This document shows, in pieces, positions 17,997 to 27,724 of a stretch of DNA of 44,502 nucleotides (position 1 is the stretch's first letter; every line of letters starts with the position of its first letter). This DNA is from Patescibacteria group bacterium (GTDB lineage: Bacteria > Patescibacteriota > Minisyncoccia > Portnoybacterales > UBA2143): contig JAHJUH010000067.1 of NCBI GenBank assembly GCA_018829245.1, forward strand, positions 1-44,502. The letters run 5' to 3'. The notes under the pieces are model-generated. The model was not told the DNA's origin, did not search any database, and worked only from the letters and a program-made list of their open reading frames with translations. The position numbers and the translations under genes were made by a program.

Positions 17997-19267
17997 ATCT
18001 TTTTTATTAATCGATAAATTGGTCGACTTATTTTATAAAGAAAAGGTGTTGAAATAATAAATCCTTTTATTTGCCTCATTTTTTCTTTAGCTGCCTTTTT
18101 CCTATCGTATTGCTTGTAAACATTGTAGGTAAAATTCCGAACTTCTTTTTTTATCTGACTAGAACTTAAATCTGGTAATTCTAAAACAGATTCATCCATA
18201 TAACAGTCGATATGACCTTTAGTAATTAATCCCTGTTCAATGCACATTTGGCCCAATAAGGTTTCAGGATAAGGATAGAAAGCAGTTACTTGCATAAAAT
18301 CAGGTTTAATCTTAGCATTGAGGTTAATTGTTTCTTGAATAGTTTCCTTAGTCTCTCCGGGAATACCAATCATATTAAAAGAAAATGTTTTAATTCCCAC
18401 CTTCTTAGCTAAATTAAATAATTCAACAACCTCTTGATCTGAAATACTTCGCCCCAAAACTTCTTTTCTTAAATCTTGATTACCAGTTTCTAAGCCAACC
18501 TTGATCAAATTACAGCCAGCCTTCTTAAAAGCTATTAAAGTCTCTTCATCCACAGCTCCAATTCGAACATTGCATTCAAAACTCATATCAAACTCTTTTG
18601 AATATTTATCACAAAACTCCAAAACCCAATCTTTGTTTAAAGAAAAAGTATCATCATCAATTTTAAAATGTTTAAAATTATATTCCTTCTTAAAATCTCT
18701 AATCTGTTCAACAGCTCGATCAACGCTCATGAATCTTAAATATTGACCTTGACCAGAGTAAATTTTTTTAAAAACATGATTACAACAATAAGTACAGTTA
18801 AAAGGACATCCTCTTGAGAATATAAAGCGTGGAGAGATCTCTCCACCATCAGCTTCCTTAAAATATTTAAAAATTGAATAATCTGGAAAAGGTAATTGAT
18901 CTAAATCAATTAATAAAGGAGCGATATTGTTTTTTATAACCTGATCTTTCCTTTTAAACCAAAAATTATTAATATCTGTATAATCTTTTTTCTGTTCAAT
19001 TCGATTAACCAATTCTAAAAGAGAATCTTCAGCTTCACCAACGCAAATTCCATCAAAACTATCTTCTTCAACTGCTTCTTCTGGTCTAATAGTAGAATGA
19101 ACTCCTCCTAAAAATACTGGAATATCAAATTGGGACTTGATTTTTTTAGCTATCTCAATAGCATAGAAATACTGATGAGAATTCGCCGATAGGCCAATAA
19201 CCTGTGGCTGATATGATTGAATAAAAGAATTAATTTGATCAATTTCTTTTTTATCCTCTATCTCCAA
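17993..19267 (-). CDS. B12-binding domain radical SAM protein, paralog R3. The N-terminus is cut by an in-frame TAG; the ancestral start is at 19375.
   Basis: Cluster motif GCPFNCTYC, VFLGGVH, CVGEAE. The same frame continues upstream to ATG 19375 (MKILFIAPKIGS*AKWLVGISFLSAVLKKAGHKVDLL) with TAG at 19337-19339. The intact ORF begins only at TTG 19267. Confidence 0.75.
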   Translation of the reverse strand: MEIEDKKEIDQINSFIQSYQPQVIGLSANSHQYFYAIEIAKKIKSQFDIPVFLGGVHSTIRPEEAVEEDSFDGICVGEAEDSLLELVNRIEQKKDYTDINNFWFKRKDQVIKNNIAPLLIDLDQLPFPDYSIFKYFKEADGGEISPRFIFSRGCPFNCTYCCNHVFKKIYSGQGQYLRFMSVDRAVEQIRDFKKEYNFKHFKIDDDTFSLNKDWVLEFCDKYSKEFDMSFECNVRIGAVDEETLIAFKKAGCNLIKVGLETGNQDLRKEVLGRSISDQEVVELFNLAKKVGIKTFSFNMIGIPGETKETIQETINLNAKIKPDFMQVTAFYPYPETLLGQMCIEQGLITKGHIDCYMDESVLELPDLSSSQIKKEVRNFTYNVYKQYDRKKAAKEKMRQIKGFIISTPFLYKISRPIYRLIKKI

Positions 19268-19374
19268 TAAATCAACCTTATGTCCAGCCTTTTTTAAAAC
19301 AGCCGAAAGAAAAGATATCCCGACTAACCATTTTGCCTACGAACCAATTTTAGGAGCGATAAATAAGATTTTCA

Positions 19375-20787
19375 TTAGAAGCCAACTCCAATAATATACA
19401 TAAAAGCATCAAAATATTGCTTAAGCTTACTTAAATCCCTTAAACGCTTAAAATGCTTCCAAATATATTTAGGTCTGAAATAAAATTTTTGATAAGCTAA
19501 ATGAAGCATTTTCTTAATCTCTTCTGCATCCTTATACCCATCTGGGATATAGGTTGGAGTAGTTCGACCTTTATACATTGGCACAATCCGCCCACTTTTA
19601 AGAGCATCATCATATAAATCTGTTCCCCATTCAGGATGAGTCGGTAAAAACTGAACATAAGTAAAATCAACATCGCAGGCAAATTCAATCGTTTTTAATG
19701 CTTTGGCTGGTGTTTCGCCTGGTAAGGCCAGCATAATAGAACCACGCGAATCAATTTTCAGCTGATTAGACCATTTAATCGCCTGACGAATTTGATCTAA
19801 GGTGATTCCTTTTCTAATTCTATCCAAAAGATCTTGATTACCGCTCTCTATCCCATAAAATATATTCCAAAGACCCGACTTAGAGGCTCTTTCCATCATT
19901 GATCTATTAATAGTATTAACCCGAGCATAAGCACTCCAGGGAATTTTAATTCCTTCCTTATCTAATAAGTCACAGAACTTATTAACCCAATCTTCGTTAA
20001 CTAAAAAATTATCATCCCAAAAAGCAACCTCTTTAATTTTCTGTGTTTCGATTAAAAATTTGATTTCCTTAATAACTCGTTCCGGTGAATGTCTTCTGTA
20101 TTTTTGAGAAGCCCGACCAGCCTCAAAACAAAAAGTACATCTTCCCCAAGGACAACCACGTGAAGTTAAGATATTGGCTACTGGCATTTTCTTGTATTGC
20201 AAAGGTAAGGGACGATACAAGCTGTAATCGTATAATTCATGAGCCGGAGGCAGAACCTCATCTAAATTAGCGACTGACTCGGCTAAGGGATTCATTTTAA
20301 TTGATCCGTCTTCCAAACGAACTCGGGTCCCAAATACTTCTATTGGCAATTCTTTATTATCTTCATAATAATCAACAACTTCTTCAAATATTCTTTCTCC
20401 TTCACCTAGGACGATCATATCTAATTTAGGAGCTTCTTTGAAAACTAAGTCCGGAAAACAATTAACATGAGGACCACCTAAAACTATAGGCAAATCATAA
20501 TGACCTTTTAAAAAATCTATTAAACTATAAGTCTCTTCAGCTGATGCTGTTACAGCTGAAATCCCAATTAAATCTGGCTTGAATTCGTCAACTTCTCGTC
20601 TAATATCTTCGTTTTCGTAATTTAAAGGAGAAGAATCGATAATTTTTATCTGATGACCTTTTTTAATCAAGGGCGCCGCTAAATACCCCAAAGCTAAGGG
20701 AGGAAAAAATCCAGCTCTTAGTTTTCTTTTTGAGCCATATCCTTTTTCCATTAAATTAAATGGTGGAGTTAATAGCAATATTTTCAT
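19375..20787 (-). CDS. B12-binding domain radical SAM protein (class B), paralog R4, with CX4CX2C cluster spacing
   Basis: MKILLLTPP, PPLALGYLAA, DLIGISAV, IVLGGPH, IVLGEGE. Cluster motif GCPWGRCTFC. C-terminal YQKFYFRPKY. Its stop overlaps the R3 ancestral ATG (TAATG). Confidence 0.9.
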   Translation of the reverse strand: MKILLLTPPFNLMEKGYGSKRKLRAGFFPPLALGYLAAPLIKKGHQIKIIDSSPLNYENEDIRREVDEFKPDLIGISAVTASAEETYSLIDFLKGHYDLPIVLGGPHVNCFPDLVFKEAPKLDMIVLGEGERIFEEVVDYYEDNKELPIEVFGTRVRLEDGSIKMNPLAESVANLDEVLPPAHELYDYSLYRPLPLQYKKMPVANILTSRGCPWGRCTFCFEAGRASQKYRRHSPERVIKEIKFLIETQKIKEVAFWDDNFLVNEDWVNKFCDLLDKEGIKIPWSAYARVNTINRSMMERASKSGLWNIFYGIESGNQDLLDRIRKGITLDQIRQAIKWSNQLKIDSRGSIMLALPGETPAKALKTIEFACDVDFTYVQFLPTHPEWGTDLYDDALKSGRIVPMYKGRTTPTYIPDGYKDAEEIKKMLHLAYQKFYFRPKYIWKHFKRLRDLSKLKQYFDAFMYIIGVGF

Positions 20788-21467
20788 TTAATTATCATCT
20801 TAACAATATACCTTAGAGGCAGCCAATTATATGGAATTCCTTTAATTTTTTGAATAATATAATCCTGACTAACTAATTTTCTTAATTTATTTAAATCAAA
20901 ATTATTTAAATGCCATTCATCATCCATTTTCTTGGAAATATTGGGAAATAAAAAATTAAATACCCTTACCTTCTGCAAGAAGTTTTTGATCTGATTAATT
21001 AATTCTTCATTGGGTACTGAGATAACGATAATACTTGTCTTTTTTGATATTCCCTTTATTTGAGCTAAAACCCTTTCTGGATTTTGAACATGTTCTAAAA
21101 CTTCACTACAATAAATCTTATCGAAATTTTTCTCTTTAACTTTTCCTGGTAGGTTTTCGACATTGGCTTTAATTAATTTAACTGGCAAATGATATTTTCT
21201 TTGTCTAGATAATTTAAGCATAAAATCAGATATGTCTATCCCCCATAATTCCCGTCCAATTTTAATTTTCTCCATAATATTCCCAGCTCCACAACCAATT
21301 TCAATAATCTTATCTTGACTCTCTAGATTTAAATATTTAATGATTTTAGAAGTTCTTTTATTTTCGATAAATTTAATAATAAAATTAGAGCTCTGATGAT
21401 ACTTGTCAGGGTTATACTTCTTAGCCATTTCTTCATTCCAATTTTCAAAATCTTCTTTTATTTTCAT
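20784..21467 (-). CDS. Class I SAM-dependent methyltransferase
   Basis: IIEIGCGAGN (motif I), WGIDIS, FDKIYCSEVLEHV. Confidence 0.8.
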   Translation of the reverse strand: MKIKEDFENWNEEMAKKYNPDKYHQSSNFIIKFIENKRTSKIIKYLNLESQDKIIEIGCGAGNIMEKIKIGRELWGIDISDFMLKLSRQRKYHLPVKLIKANVENLPGKVKEKNFDKIYCSEVLEHVQNPERVLAQIKGISKKTSIIVISVPNEELINQIKNFLQKVRVFNFLFPNISKKMDDEWHLNNFDLNKLRKLVSQDYIIQKIKGIPYNWLPLRYIVKMIIK

Positions 21468-23311
21468 AAATATCTTTTAGCCCAATTTTGGAAAATAATT
21501 AAATTCCACAAAATTTTCCTATTATCTCTTTTATTCCCTAAATGTTCTTTAATTAATTTATTAACAAAATCGTAATCAAACAAATTAGTTTTAGCAATCT
21601 CTTGTTTACTTAAAACTTCCATCATATATTCCTTAAGATCTTTTTTAAGCCAAGAAGTCAAAGGTATACCAAATCCTTTTTTCTTACGATTAATAATGTT
21701 CTTAGGTAGCTTATCTCTCATTGATTCTTTTAAAATATATTTTGTTTTAAGGCCTCTTAATTTATAATCCAAAGGAAGAGAATTAATAAAATCAGCTAAA
21801 TGATGATCTAAAAAAGGAGCTCTTACTTCTAAACTATTATACATACTAGCTCTATCAACCTTAAACAAAATATCATCTTGTAGGTAGTATTTTAGAAACA
21901 AAGCGTTTACTTTATCTAAATAACCCTTATCTTGATAATTTCCTAAAAACTCTTCTGTAAAACTAAATAAATTTTCTTGTTTTATTTCAAAATTAAATAA
22001 CTTATTAATATTATTAGAATAAGCTCCAATATTTAAAAAATCACGATACAAGCCATTAAAACCCAAACTATGACTGTATCTTTTAATTTTATAGGGGAAA
22101 GTTAGATTCTTATCAGAAACAGGTAATATTTTTTCTAAAATACCAGAAAGACCTCTGGTTCTTAAGCTAGCCAAACCCAGTAAGCCAACAATTTTTTGAA
22201 CCTGATGATTAGGATAACCCATTAAAAGCTCATCACCACCATCACCGCCTAAGGCGACTTTGACTTTATCAGCTGTAAATTTTGAAAGTAGATAAGTCGG
22301 TAAAATAGAAGGGTCCCCAAAGGGCTCATCAAGTTTTTCGATAATCTCCGGAATGATGTTTAATAAATCTCTTGAGCTAAATCTCTGATGATAGTGATCT
22401 GTCTTTAAAAACCTAGCTACTTGCTGAGCATAAGAAGATTCATCAAAACTTGATTGATCAAATCCAATAGAAAAAGTTTTGATATCCTCTTTCTGTTTTT
22501 TAGCAAAATAAGCAATAGTTGAAGAATCAATTCCGCCAGACAAAAAGATTCCTACAGGAACATCAGCGACTAGGCGTTTTTCAATAGAACTTTCTAATAA
22601 CTTACCAAACTCTTCTTTAGCTGATTCAAAACCAATATCTTTATTATCAAGCTTTATTTGATAATATTCACTTATCTTAACCTGATTATTCTTAAAAGTT
22701 AAAAATGATCCATTGGCTAATTTGTGAATATTCTTGAAAATAGTTTGGGGTTGAGGGACATAATCAAAAGAAAAATATTGAGTAACTGATTGGGAATCTA
22801 ATTCTTTTTTTGTTAAAGGATGATTTAAAATAGCCTTAAGCTCAGAAGCGAAAATTAAGGTTTTATTTACTAAGGTCCAATAAAGAGGTTTCTGACCGTA
22901 ACGATCTCGAACTAAAATAATTTTTTCCTTTTGACCATCCCAAATAGCTAAAGCAAACATTCCATTAAACTTTTTGAAACAATCAACTCCATCTTCTTCA
23001 TATTGATGGATAATAACTTCACTATCTGTCTGACTCTTGAATTGATGACCCCGAGTAATTAAATTCTCTCTTAACTCTTTAAAATTATAGATTTCTCCAT
23101 TAAAAGCAATTTGAATCATCCCATCTTCACTGCTCATCGGCTGTCGTCCTTGCTGACTTAAATCAATAATAGAAAGGCGTTGATGACCAAGACCAACTTC
23201 GTCCTTAATAAAAAAACCCTCATCATTAGGGCCACGATGTTTCAAGGAACGTGTCATTCTTTTCAGAACATCTTCATTGCCTTGGCCGAGATAACCAGCT
23301 ATTCCACACAT
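21464..23311 (-). CDS. asnB: Asparagine synthase-type glutamine amidotransferase (AsnB family), probably a glycan amidotransferase here
   Basis: N-terminal nucleophile MCGIAGY, PP-loop FLSGGIDSS, ALGGDGGDELLMGY. 615 aa with both domains intact. Confidence 0.9.
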   Translation of the reverse strand: MCGIAGYLGQGNEDVLKRMTRSLKHRGPNDEGFFIKDEVGLGHQRLSIIDLSQQGRQPMSSEDGMIQIAFNGEIYNFKELRENLITRGHQFKSQTDSEVIIHQYEEDGVDCFKKFNGMFALAIWDGQKEKIILVRDRYGQKPLYWTLVNKTLIFASELKAILNHPLTKKELDSQSVTQYFSFDYVPQPQTIFKNIHKLANGSFLTFKNNQVKISEYYQIKLDNKDIGFESAKEEFGKLLESSIEKRLVADVPVGIFLSGGIDSSTIAYFAKKQKEDIKTFSIGFDQSSFDESSYAQQVARFLKTDHYHQRFSSRDLLNIIPEIIEKLDEPFGDPSILPTYLLSKFTADKVKVALGGDGGDELLMGYPNHQVQKIVGLLGLASLRTRGLSGILEKILPVSDKNLTFPYKIKRYSHSLGFNGLYRDFLNIGAYSNNINKLFNFEIKQENLFSFTEEFLGNYQDKGYLDKVNALFLKYYLQDDILFKVDRASMYNSLEVRAPFLDHHLADFINSLPLDYKLRGLKTKYILKESMRDKLPKNIINRKKKGFGIPLTSWLKKDLKEYMMEVLSKQEIAKTNLFDYDFVNKLIKEHLGNKRDNRKILWNLIIFQNWAKRYL

Positions 23312-23316
23312 AATTT

Positions 23317-24258
23317 TTAAAAATTAATCTTTTCTTTAATTGAATAAATCGGCTTATTTTGAGATTCGTAATGGGTTCTTGTTAAAATTTCAGCTAAAAG
23401 ACCCATTAAAATAAATTGAAGACCAACCAAGATTAAGAAAACGGTCAATAATGGAAGCGGGGTTGTAATGAAATAGATGTCCTTAAAAATCTTAAGATAC
23501 AATGCCCAGCATCCAGAAATGAGACCAAAAAATGATAACCAATATCCAATCTTTCCAAAAAAATGCATTGGCTTAGTTGAATAATCAATTAAAAATTTAA
23601 CTGTTAATAAATCAAGAATAACTCGAAATGTTTTAAAAACACTATACTTGGTCTGACCATATTTTCTAGGACGATGATTGACTGGTATTTCGGTAACTTT
23701 AGCTCCATGCCAAGCAGTATAGGCCGGCATAAAACGATGCATCTCACCATAAAGACGAATATCTTTAATGACTTCTTTTTTGTAAGCTTTCATAGTACAT
23801 CCATAATCATGAAGTTTTACTTTAGTAATCAAAGAAATTAAATAGTTAGCAATCCAAGAAGGTATCTTTCTAGTCCATAATTTATCTCGACGATTAACAC
23901 GCCAACCAGAAACAACATCAAAACCTTGATCAACCTTTTCTAAAAATTCAGGGATATCAGCTGGATTATTCTGTAAATCAGCATCCATGGGAATAATAAT
24001 ATCTCCTTGAGATGCATCTATTCCAGCTGACATAGCTGCTGTTTGACCAAAATTTCTCTTAAAACTAATTGTTTTAAAATTATAATCTTGTTGAGCAATC
24101 TCTCTAATGATCTGATTACTATTATCAGTAGAGCCATCATCAATAGCAATTATTTCATATTCAAAAGACAAGTTATTTAAAACCTGTTTAAGTTCTTGAT
24201 ATAAAACTTTAATACTTTCTTCTTCGTTATAAATTGGAATTATGATAGATAATTTCAT
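23317..24258 (-). CDS. GT2 polyprenol-phosphate glycosyltransferase (ArnC/GtrB-like) with C-terminal TM hairpin
   Basis: LSIIIPIYNEEESI, IAIDDGSTDNS, RNFGQTAA, PMDADLQN. Two C-terminal helices (FFGLISGCWALYL, LTVFLILVGLQFILMGLLAEIL). Confidence 0.85.
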   Translation of the reverse strand: MKLSIIIPIYNEEESIKVLYQELKQVLNNLSFEYEIIAIDDGSTDNSNQIIREIAQQDYNFKTISFKRNFGQTAAMSAGIDASQGDIIIPMDADLQNNPADIPEFLEKVDQGFDVVSGWRVNRRDKLWTRKIPSWIANYLISLITKVKLHDYGCTMKAYKKEVIKDIRLYGEMHRFMPAYTAWHGAKVTEIPVNHRPRKYGQTKYSVFKTFRVILDLLTVKFLIDYSTKPMHFFGKIGYWLSFFGLISGCWALYLKIFKDIYFITTPLPLLTVFLILVGLQFILMGLLAEILTRTHYESQNKPIYSIKEKINF

Positions 24259-24263
24259 ATTGC

Positions 24264-25970
24264 TTAGTTAATTTTATATATCTCTATATATGGCCCAGTA
24301 TAGCGGATATTCTTTAAAAGTTGCAAGGGCTGACGCATTTCGTTAACTAAGTCCGTTAAATCAATGCCTACTTCATTAGGATAAAATCTCTGAATCAATT
24401 CTAAGTTGTAGTTTAATTTTGATATTTTTTCTTTAGCTATCTCATTTTCCTGGTTAGTCCACCAATAAGTAATTAGATAATTAAACTGGTTCTGAGATAA
24501 AAAGTTTTCTGGCATTTTTTCTGGTCGATAAAGAATAAAATAATTTGGCTGAGGATATTCTTTCTCATCTAAAGTTAATAAATATCTTTCTCGAGCACTT
24601 ACTGATTTAGGCATAAATTCTGAAAGAAGAATTAAAGATTCTTTATTCTCATTTAGAATTAACCGATTATCAAGTTCGAAGTTAATAATCATTTCTCCAC
24701 CAGGCAAATTACTTTCTATCCAATTCTTAGCTAGAACATATGTATTCGGCTTTAATAGACTAAGATCCCAGTAAAGTGGTGTGAATAGAAATAACAAACA
24801 GAAAATAACAGCTAAACTATTTCTTAGATTTTTAACAAAAATATGTTCTAATAAATAAGAAAAACCATAACCAGCAACAATAGCTAAGAATGGAATGATT
24901 GGTAAAATGTAACGAACTTGTCCCCATTTTAAAAACGGACCTATAGCTAAATAATAAAAAATAATAAATATTCCTATAAAGTAAAAAACTTTTCTTTCTT
25001 TTAGAAATAAGATAGGTAAAGAAATTAAGAATAAAATAACTAATAAAGGTCCATATTCCCAGAGAACTTCTAGATTACGCGTAAAACTCAAACTCTGAAT
25101 CAATGAATTAACAATTGATTGAGAAACATACCCTGAAATAAATTCTTTTTTAAAATAATAACCGATGTAGCGATAAAAGGAATTAGGATGTAAAAGATAA
25201 ATAAAAACAGTTGAAATAAAAACAACTAAATGAGCTAACCAGAATTTCTTATTTTTTAAAAAGATTCCAATAAATCCTTTTCCTTTATTAAGAGAATAAT
25301 GAACAAAAAGAAAACAAAGATAAATTATTCCACCAATAAGATGAGTACCAAATGACAAAGCAACTAAAAATCCAGAAATCAAATAATGCTTCAAATTATC
25401 TTTTTTAAGAGATAACATTATACTTAAATAATAAGTAGCCAAAAGAACTGCTAAAGTTTGGATTATCCAAATTCTACCAAAATGAGACAATTGAACAAGT
25501 ATTAAATTAGTCGCTGTAAAAAAAGCTGCCCACAAAGAAGCTTTCTCATTATTTTTAAACAAAAGTTTAGAAATTTTATAGACTAAATAAACAGATAAAG
25601 AGCCTGCTAAAATAGAAACAAAACGAGCTATAGGCAAAATCATCTTAAAATTAGCGTAATCTAATAAAAACATCTCTTTTAATTCAACTAAACTATGAAC
25701 TATTCCAAAAAGAAAGAAAATAGCAAAATACAATAAATAAAAAGGTAAATAAATATAAGTCACTGGAGCTAGATAATAATTTTCATCAAAATTAGGCCTT
25801 AAACTATGACTATCAATCATTTTAAGAACAGAACTAACAATAGCAGTCTCATCTTCAACTAAATTTAATAACGGATAAGCATATAATACTCCAATACTGT
25901 TTAAGACAAAAGCCAATAAAACAACTATAATAATCTTATTTAATTTAATTTTAGATATTATTTTATTCAT
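24264..25970 (-). CDS. GT-C-fold glycosyltransferase, ArnT/PMT (GT39/GT83)-like
   Basis: 568 aa with ~12 helices. Acidic first-loop motif NLVEDETA. It lies next to an ArnC/GtrB-like GT2 and a small 4-TM protein, the classical three-part arrangement. Confidence 0.65.
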   Translation of the reverse strand: MNKIISKIKLNKIIIVVLLAFVLNSIGVLYAYPLLNLVEDETAIVSSVLKMIDSHSLRPNFDENYYLAPVTYIYLPFYLLYFAIFFLFGIVHSLVELKEMFLLDYANFKMILPIARFVSILAGSLSVYLVYKISKLLFKNNEKASLWAAFFTATNLILVQLSHFGRIWIIQTLAVLLATYYLSIMLSLKKDNLKHYLISGFLVALSFGTHLIGGIIYLCFLFVHYSLNKGKGFIGIFLKNKKFWLAHLVVFISTVFIYLLHPNSFYRYIGYYFKKEFISGYVSQSIVNSLIQSLSFTRNLEVLWEYGPLLVILFLISLPILFLKERKVFYFIGIFIIFYYLAIGPFLKWGQVRYILPIIPFLAIVAGYGFSYLLEHIFVKNLRNSLAVIFCLLFLFTPLYWDLSLLKPNTYVLAKNWIESNLPGGEMIINFELDNRLILNENKESLILLSEFMPKSVSARERYLLTLDEKEYPQPNYFILYRPEKMPENFLSQNQFNYLITYWWTNQENEIAKEKISKLNYNLELIQRFYPNEVGIDLTDLVNEMRQPLQLLKNIRYTGPYIEIYKIN

Positions 25971-26323
25971 TAAAGAGTAATAACAATAATGCCAGCTGAT
26001 ACTAATATAATTCCTATAAGCTTAGAGAGAGTAAATGTTTCATCAAGAAGTAAAACTGAAAATATTAACAAGAGAACAAATCCAGCACTCATAGTTATTG
26101 GATAGATAAAGCTAAGTTCAAATTTCGAAAGAAGATACACATATAGAGTAAAACTGATTCCATAAAAAAGAAGACCCAAAAGAACATAAGACGAACTAAT
26201 TATCTCCAACAACTTAGAAAAGGAAACAATATTAATATCTATATCCATCATTCCTTTTCTTAAACTAAATTGAGCAATGACATTAGAGAATAAAGCACAA
26301 ATAATAATGAAAATTTTAAACAT
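25970..26323 (-). CDS. Small 4-TM SMR/EamA-like protein, ArnE/ArnF-type polyprenyl-phosphate-sugar flippase candidate
   Basis: 117 aa with four hydrophobic helices. Its start overlaps the upstream... its stop overlaps the start of the downstream GT-C gene by 1 nt. Confidence 0.6.
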   Translation of the reverse strand: MFKIFIIICALFSNVIAQFSLRKGMMDIDINIVSFSKLLEIISSSYVLLGLLFYGISFTLYVYLLSKFELSFIYPITMSAGFVLLLIFSVLLLDETFTLSKLIGIILVSAGIIVITL

Positions 26324-26341
26324 AATTTATAGTATATCTCT

Positions 26342-27724
26342 TTATTTTTTTAATACATCTAAAACAAATTTAATTCCTAATTTTACTAAATTGATTTTTT
26401 CTCTCAATCCTCGAGCAACTCTATAAATTTTCCAAATCCTATTAGGTGAAAGATAAAACTTTTTGTAAGCTCGACTAACTTTTTCTTGAACTTCTTTTTC
26501 ACCTTGATCTTGCGATATCTTATTCCATAAATCAACTGACTGAAAATCTGCTTTAATTTGGTTGTACAAAGTAGAACCAGGAAAAGGCGTTGCTAAATAG
26601 AAGTGAGCAAAGGTTAAAGGGAGGGAACAAGCAAATTTGATCGTTTCTTCCATATCGGCCAAGGTCTCTTCAGGATAACCCATAATAAAGTGGCCATCAA
26701 CAACTAAACCAGCCTTATCGGCCTCTACAACAGCCCTCCCACTCCTTTCAACTGTCGCTTGACCTCCTTTATTAGCTATCTTCAACATCTTATCTGTCCC
26801 GAACTCCAAGCCAAAAGCGATTTGCCAACATCCAGCTTCTTTCATTTTTTTAAATAATTCTAAATCTAACTGATCAACTCGAGAATTACAAACCCAGTCA
26901 ATCTTTTGATCTAATCCTTCTGATTTTAAAGCATCAAGAAACTCTTCTAAATAATAACGATCAGCACTAATTAACTCTGTCCAGAATAAAAAATCTTTAA
27001 CACCTAATTCTAGGTTATAATTAATCTCATTAATAATACTTTTAACTGAACGCTTCCTTAACTTTCTACCATAATATGTTTGAGCCGCGCAAAAGTTACA
27101 AGAATAAGGACAACCTCGAGAAAATGATATCAAAGAGAAAGGTCTGTCTTTAATTGGTAAATGGTAATTCTTAAAATCAATATCACTCCAATCAGGAAAT
27201 CCGTAGTCATCTATATTCTCAGAAAAAGGCACTTGAATACTCTCTTTTCCTCTTAATCCAATCCCAGTTACATTTGATAAATCATCTAAAGATTTAACAA
27301 CATTTTTAATCACTGCCTCAGCTTCAGAGATAAAAACGAAATTCAAACTTTGAGCATTTTTAAGCGACTCTTTTGGCAAAGCCATAACATGAATACCAAC
27401 TGCTCCTATTTTAATCTGAGGTAATATTTCCTTAACCTTTTTAGCAAACCAATTACAATCATTCTCAAAAGTTGGGGTTGTTACACTCATAATCATTAAA
27501 TCCGGAGAAAAATCTTTAATTTTCTCGAAGACCTCTTCTTGATTCATTTTAGCCGGTCCAGGATCTAAAACTAAAGTTTCTGAAATATCTCTAATCTGTG
27601 TCTTTAAATAAGCTAAAGTTAAAGGTGGAAAAGGTGCTCCCCAAATATCAAATTGTTGACACCGCCCTTCGCGCACCCAAATTTCATCCTTTTGAGAAGG
27701 CGGATTAATCAATAATGTTTTCAT
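26342..27724 (-). CDS. B12-binding domain radical SAM protein (class B), paralog R5
   Basis: Cluster motif GCPYSCNFC, C-terminal YKKFYLSPNR. The tracked ORF extends to 27775. ATG 27724 (MKTLLINPP) matches the paralog N-termini and forms a TAATG overlap with the upstream stop, so 27724 is preferred. Confidence 0.9.
   Translation of the reverse strand: MKTLLINPPSQKDEIWVREGRCQQFDIWGAPFPPLTLAYLKTQIRDISETLVLDPGPAKMNQEEVFEKIKDFSPDLMIMSVTTPTFENDCNWFAKKVKEILPQIKIGAVGIHVMALPKESLKNAQSLNFVFISEAEAVIKNVVKSLDDLSNVTGIGLRGKESIQVPFSENIDDYGFPDWSDIDFKNYHLPIKDRPFSLISFSRGCPYSCNFCAAQTYYGRKLRKRSVKSIINEINYNLELGVKDFLFWTELISADRYYLEEFLDALKSEGLDQKIDWVCNSRVDQLDLELFKKMKEAGCWQIAFGLEFGTDKMLKIANKGGQATVERSGRAVVEADKAGLVVDGHFIMGYPEETLADMEETIKFACSLPLTFAHFYLATPFPGSTLYNQIKADFQSVDLWNKISQDQGEKEVQEKVSRAYKKFYLSPNRIWKIYRVARGLREKINLVKLGIKFVLDVLKK

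Noticed and set aside
22246-22256. Small CGCC-loop-GGCG hairpins elsewhere (22246-22256 in asnB; CCGGA/TCCGG at 36495-36513) as additional members of the GC-rich element family.
   Set aside because: The asnB one encodes the conserved ALGGDGGDE motif. The other is a 5-bp stem built on a self-complementary hexamer. Both are short enough to arise by chance and lack the extended shared cores.
21464-23311. The AsnB homolog as a lasso-peptide cyclase.
   Set aside because: It keeps the N-terminal Cys nucleophile (MCGIAGY) and a full glutaminase domain, as in true amidotransferases. No leader peptidase or precursor gene is present.
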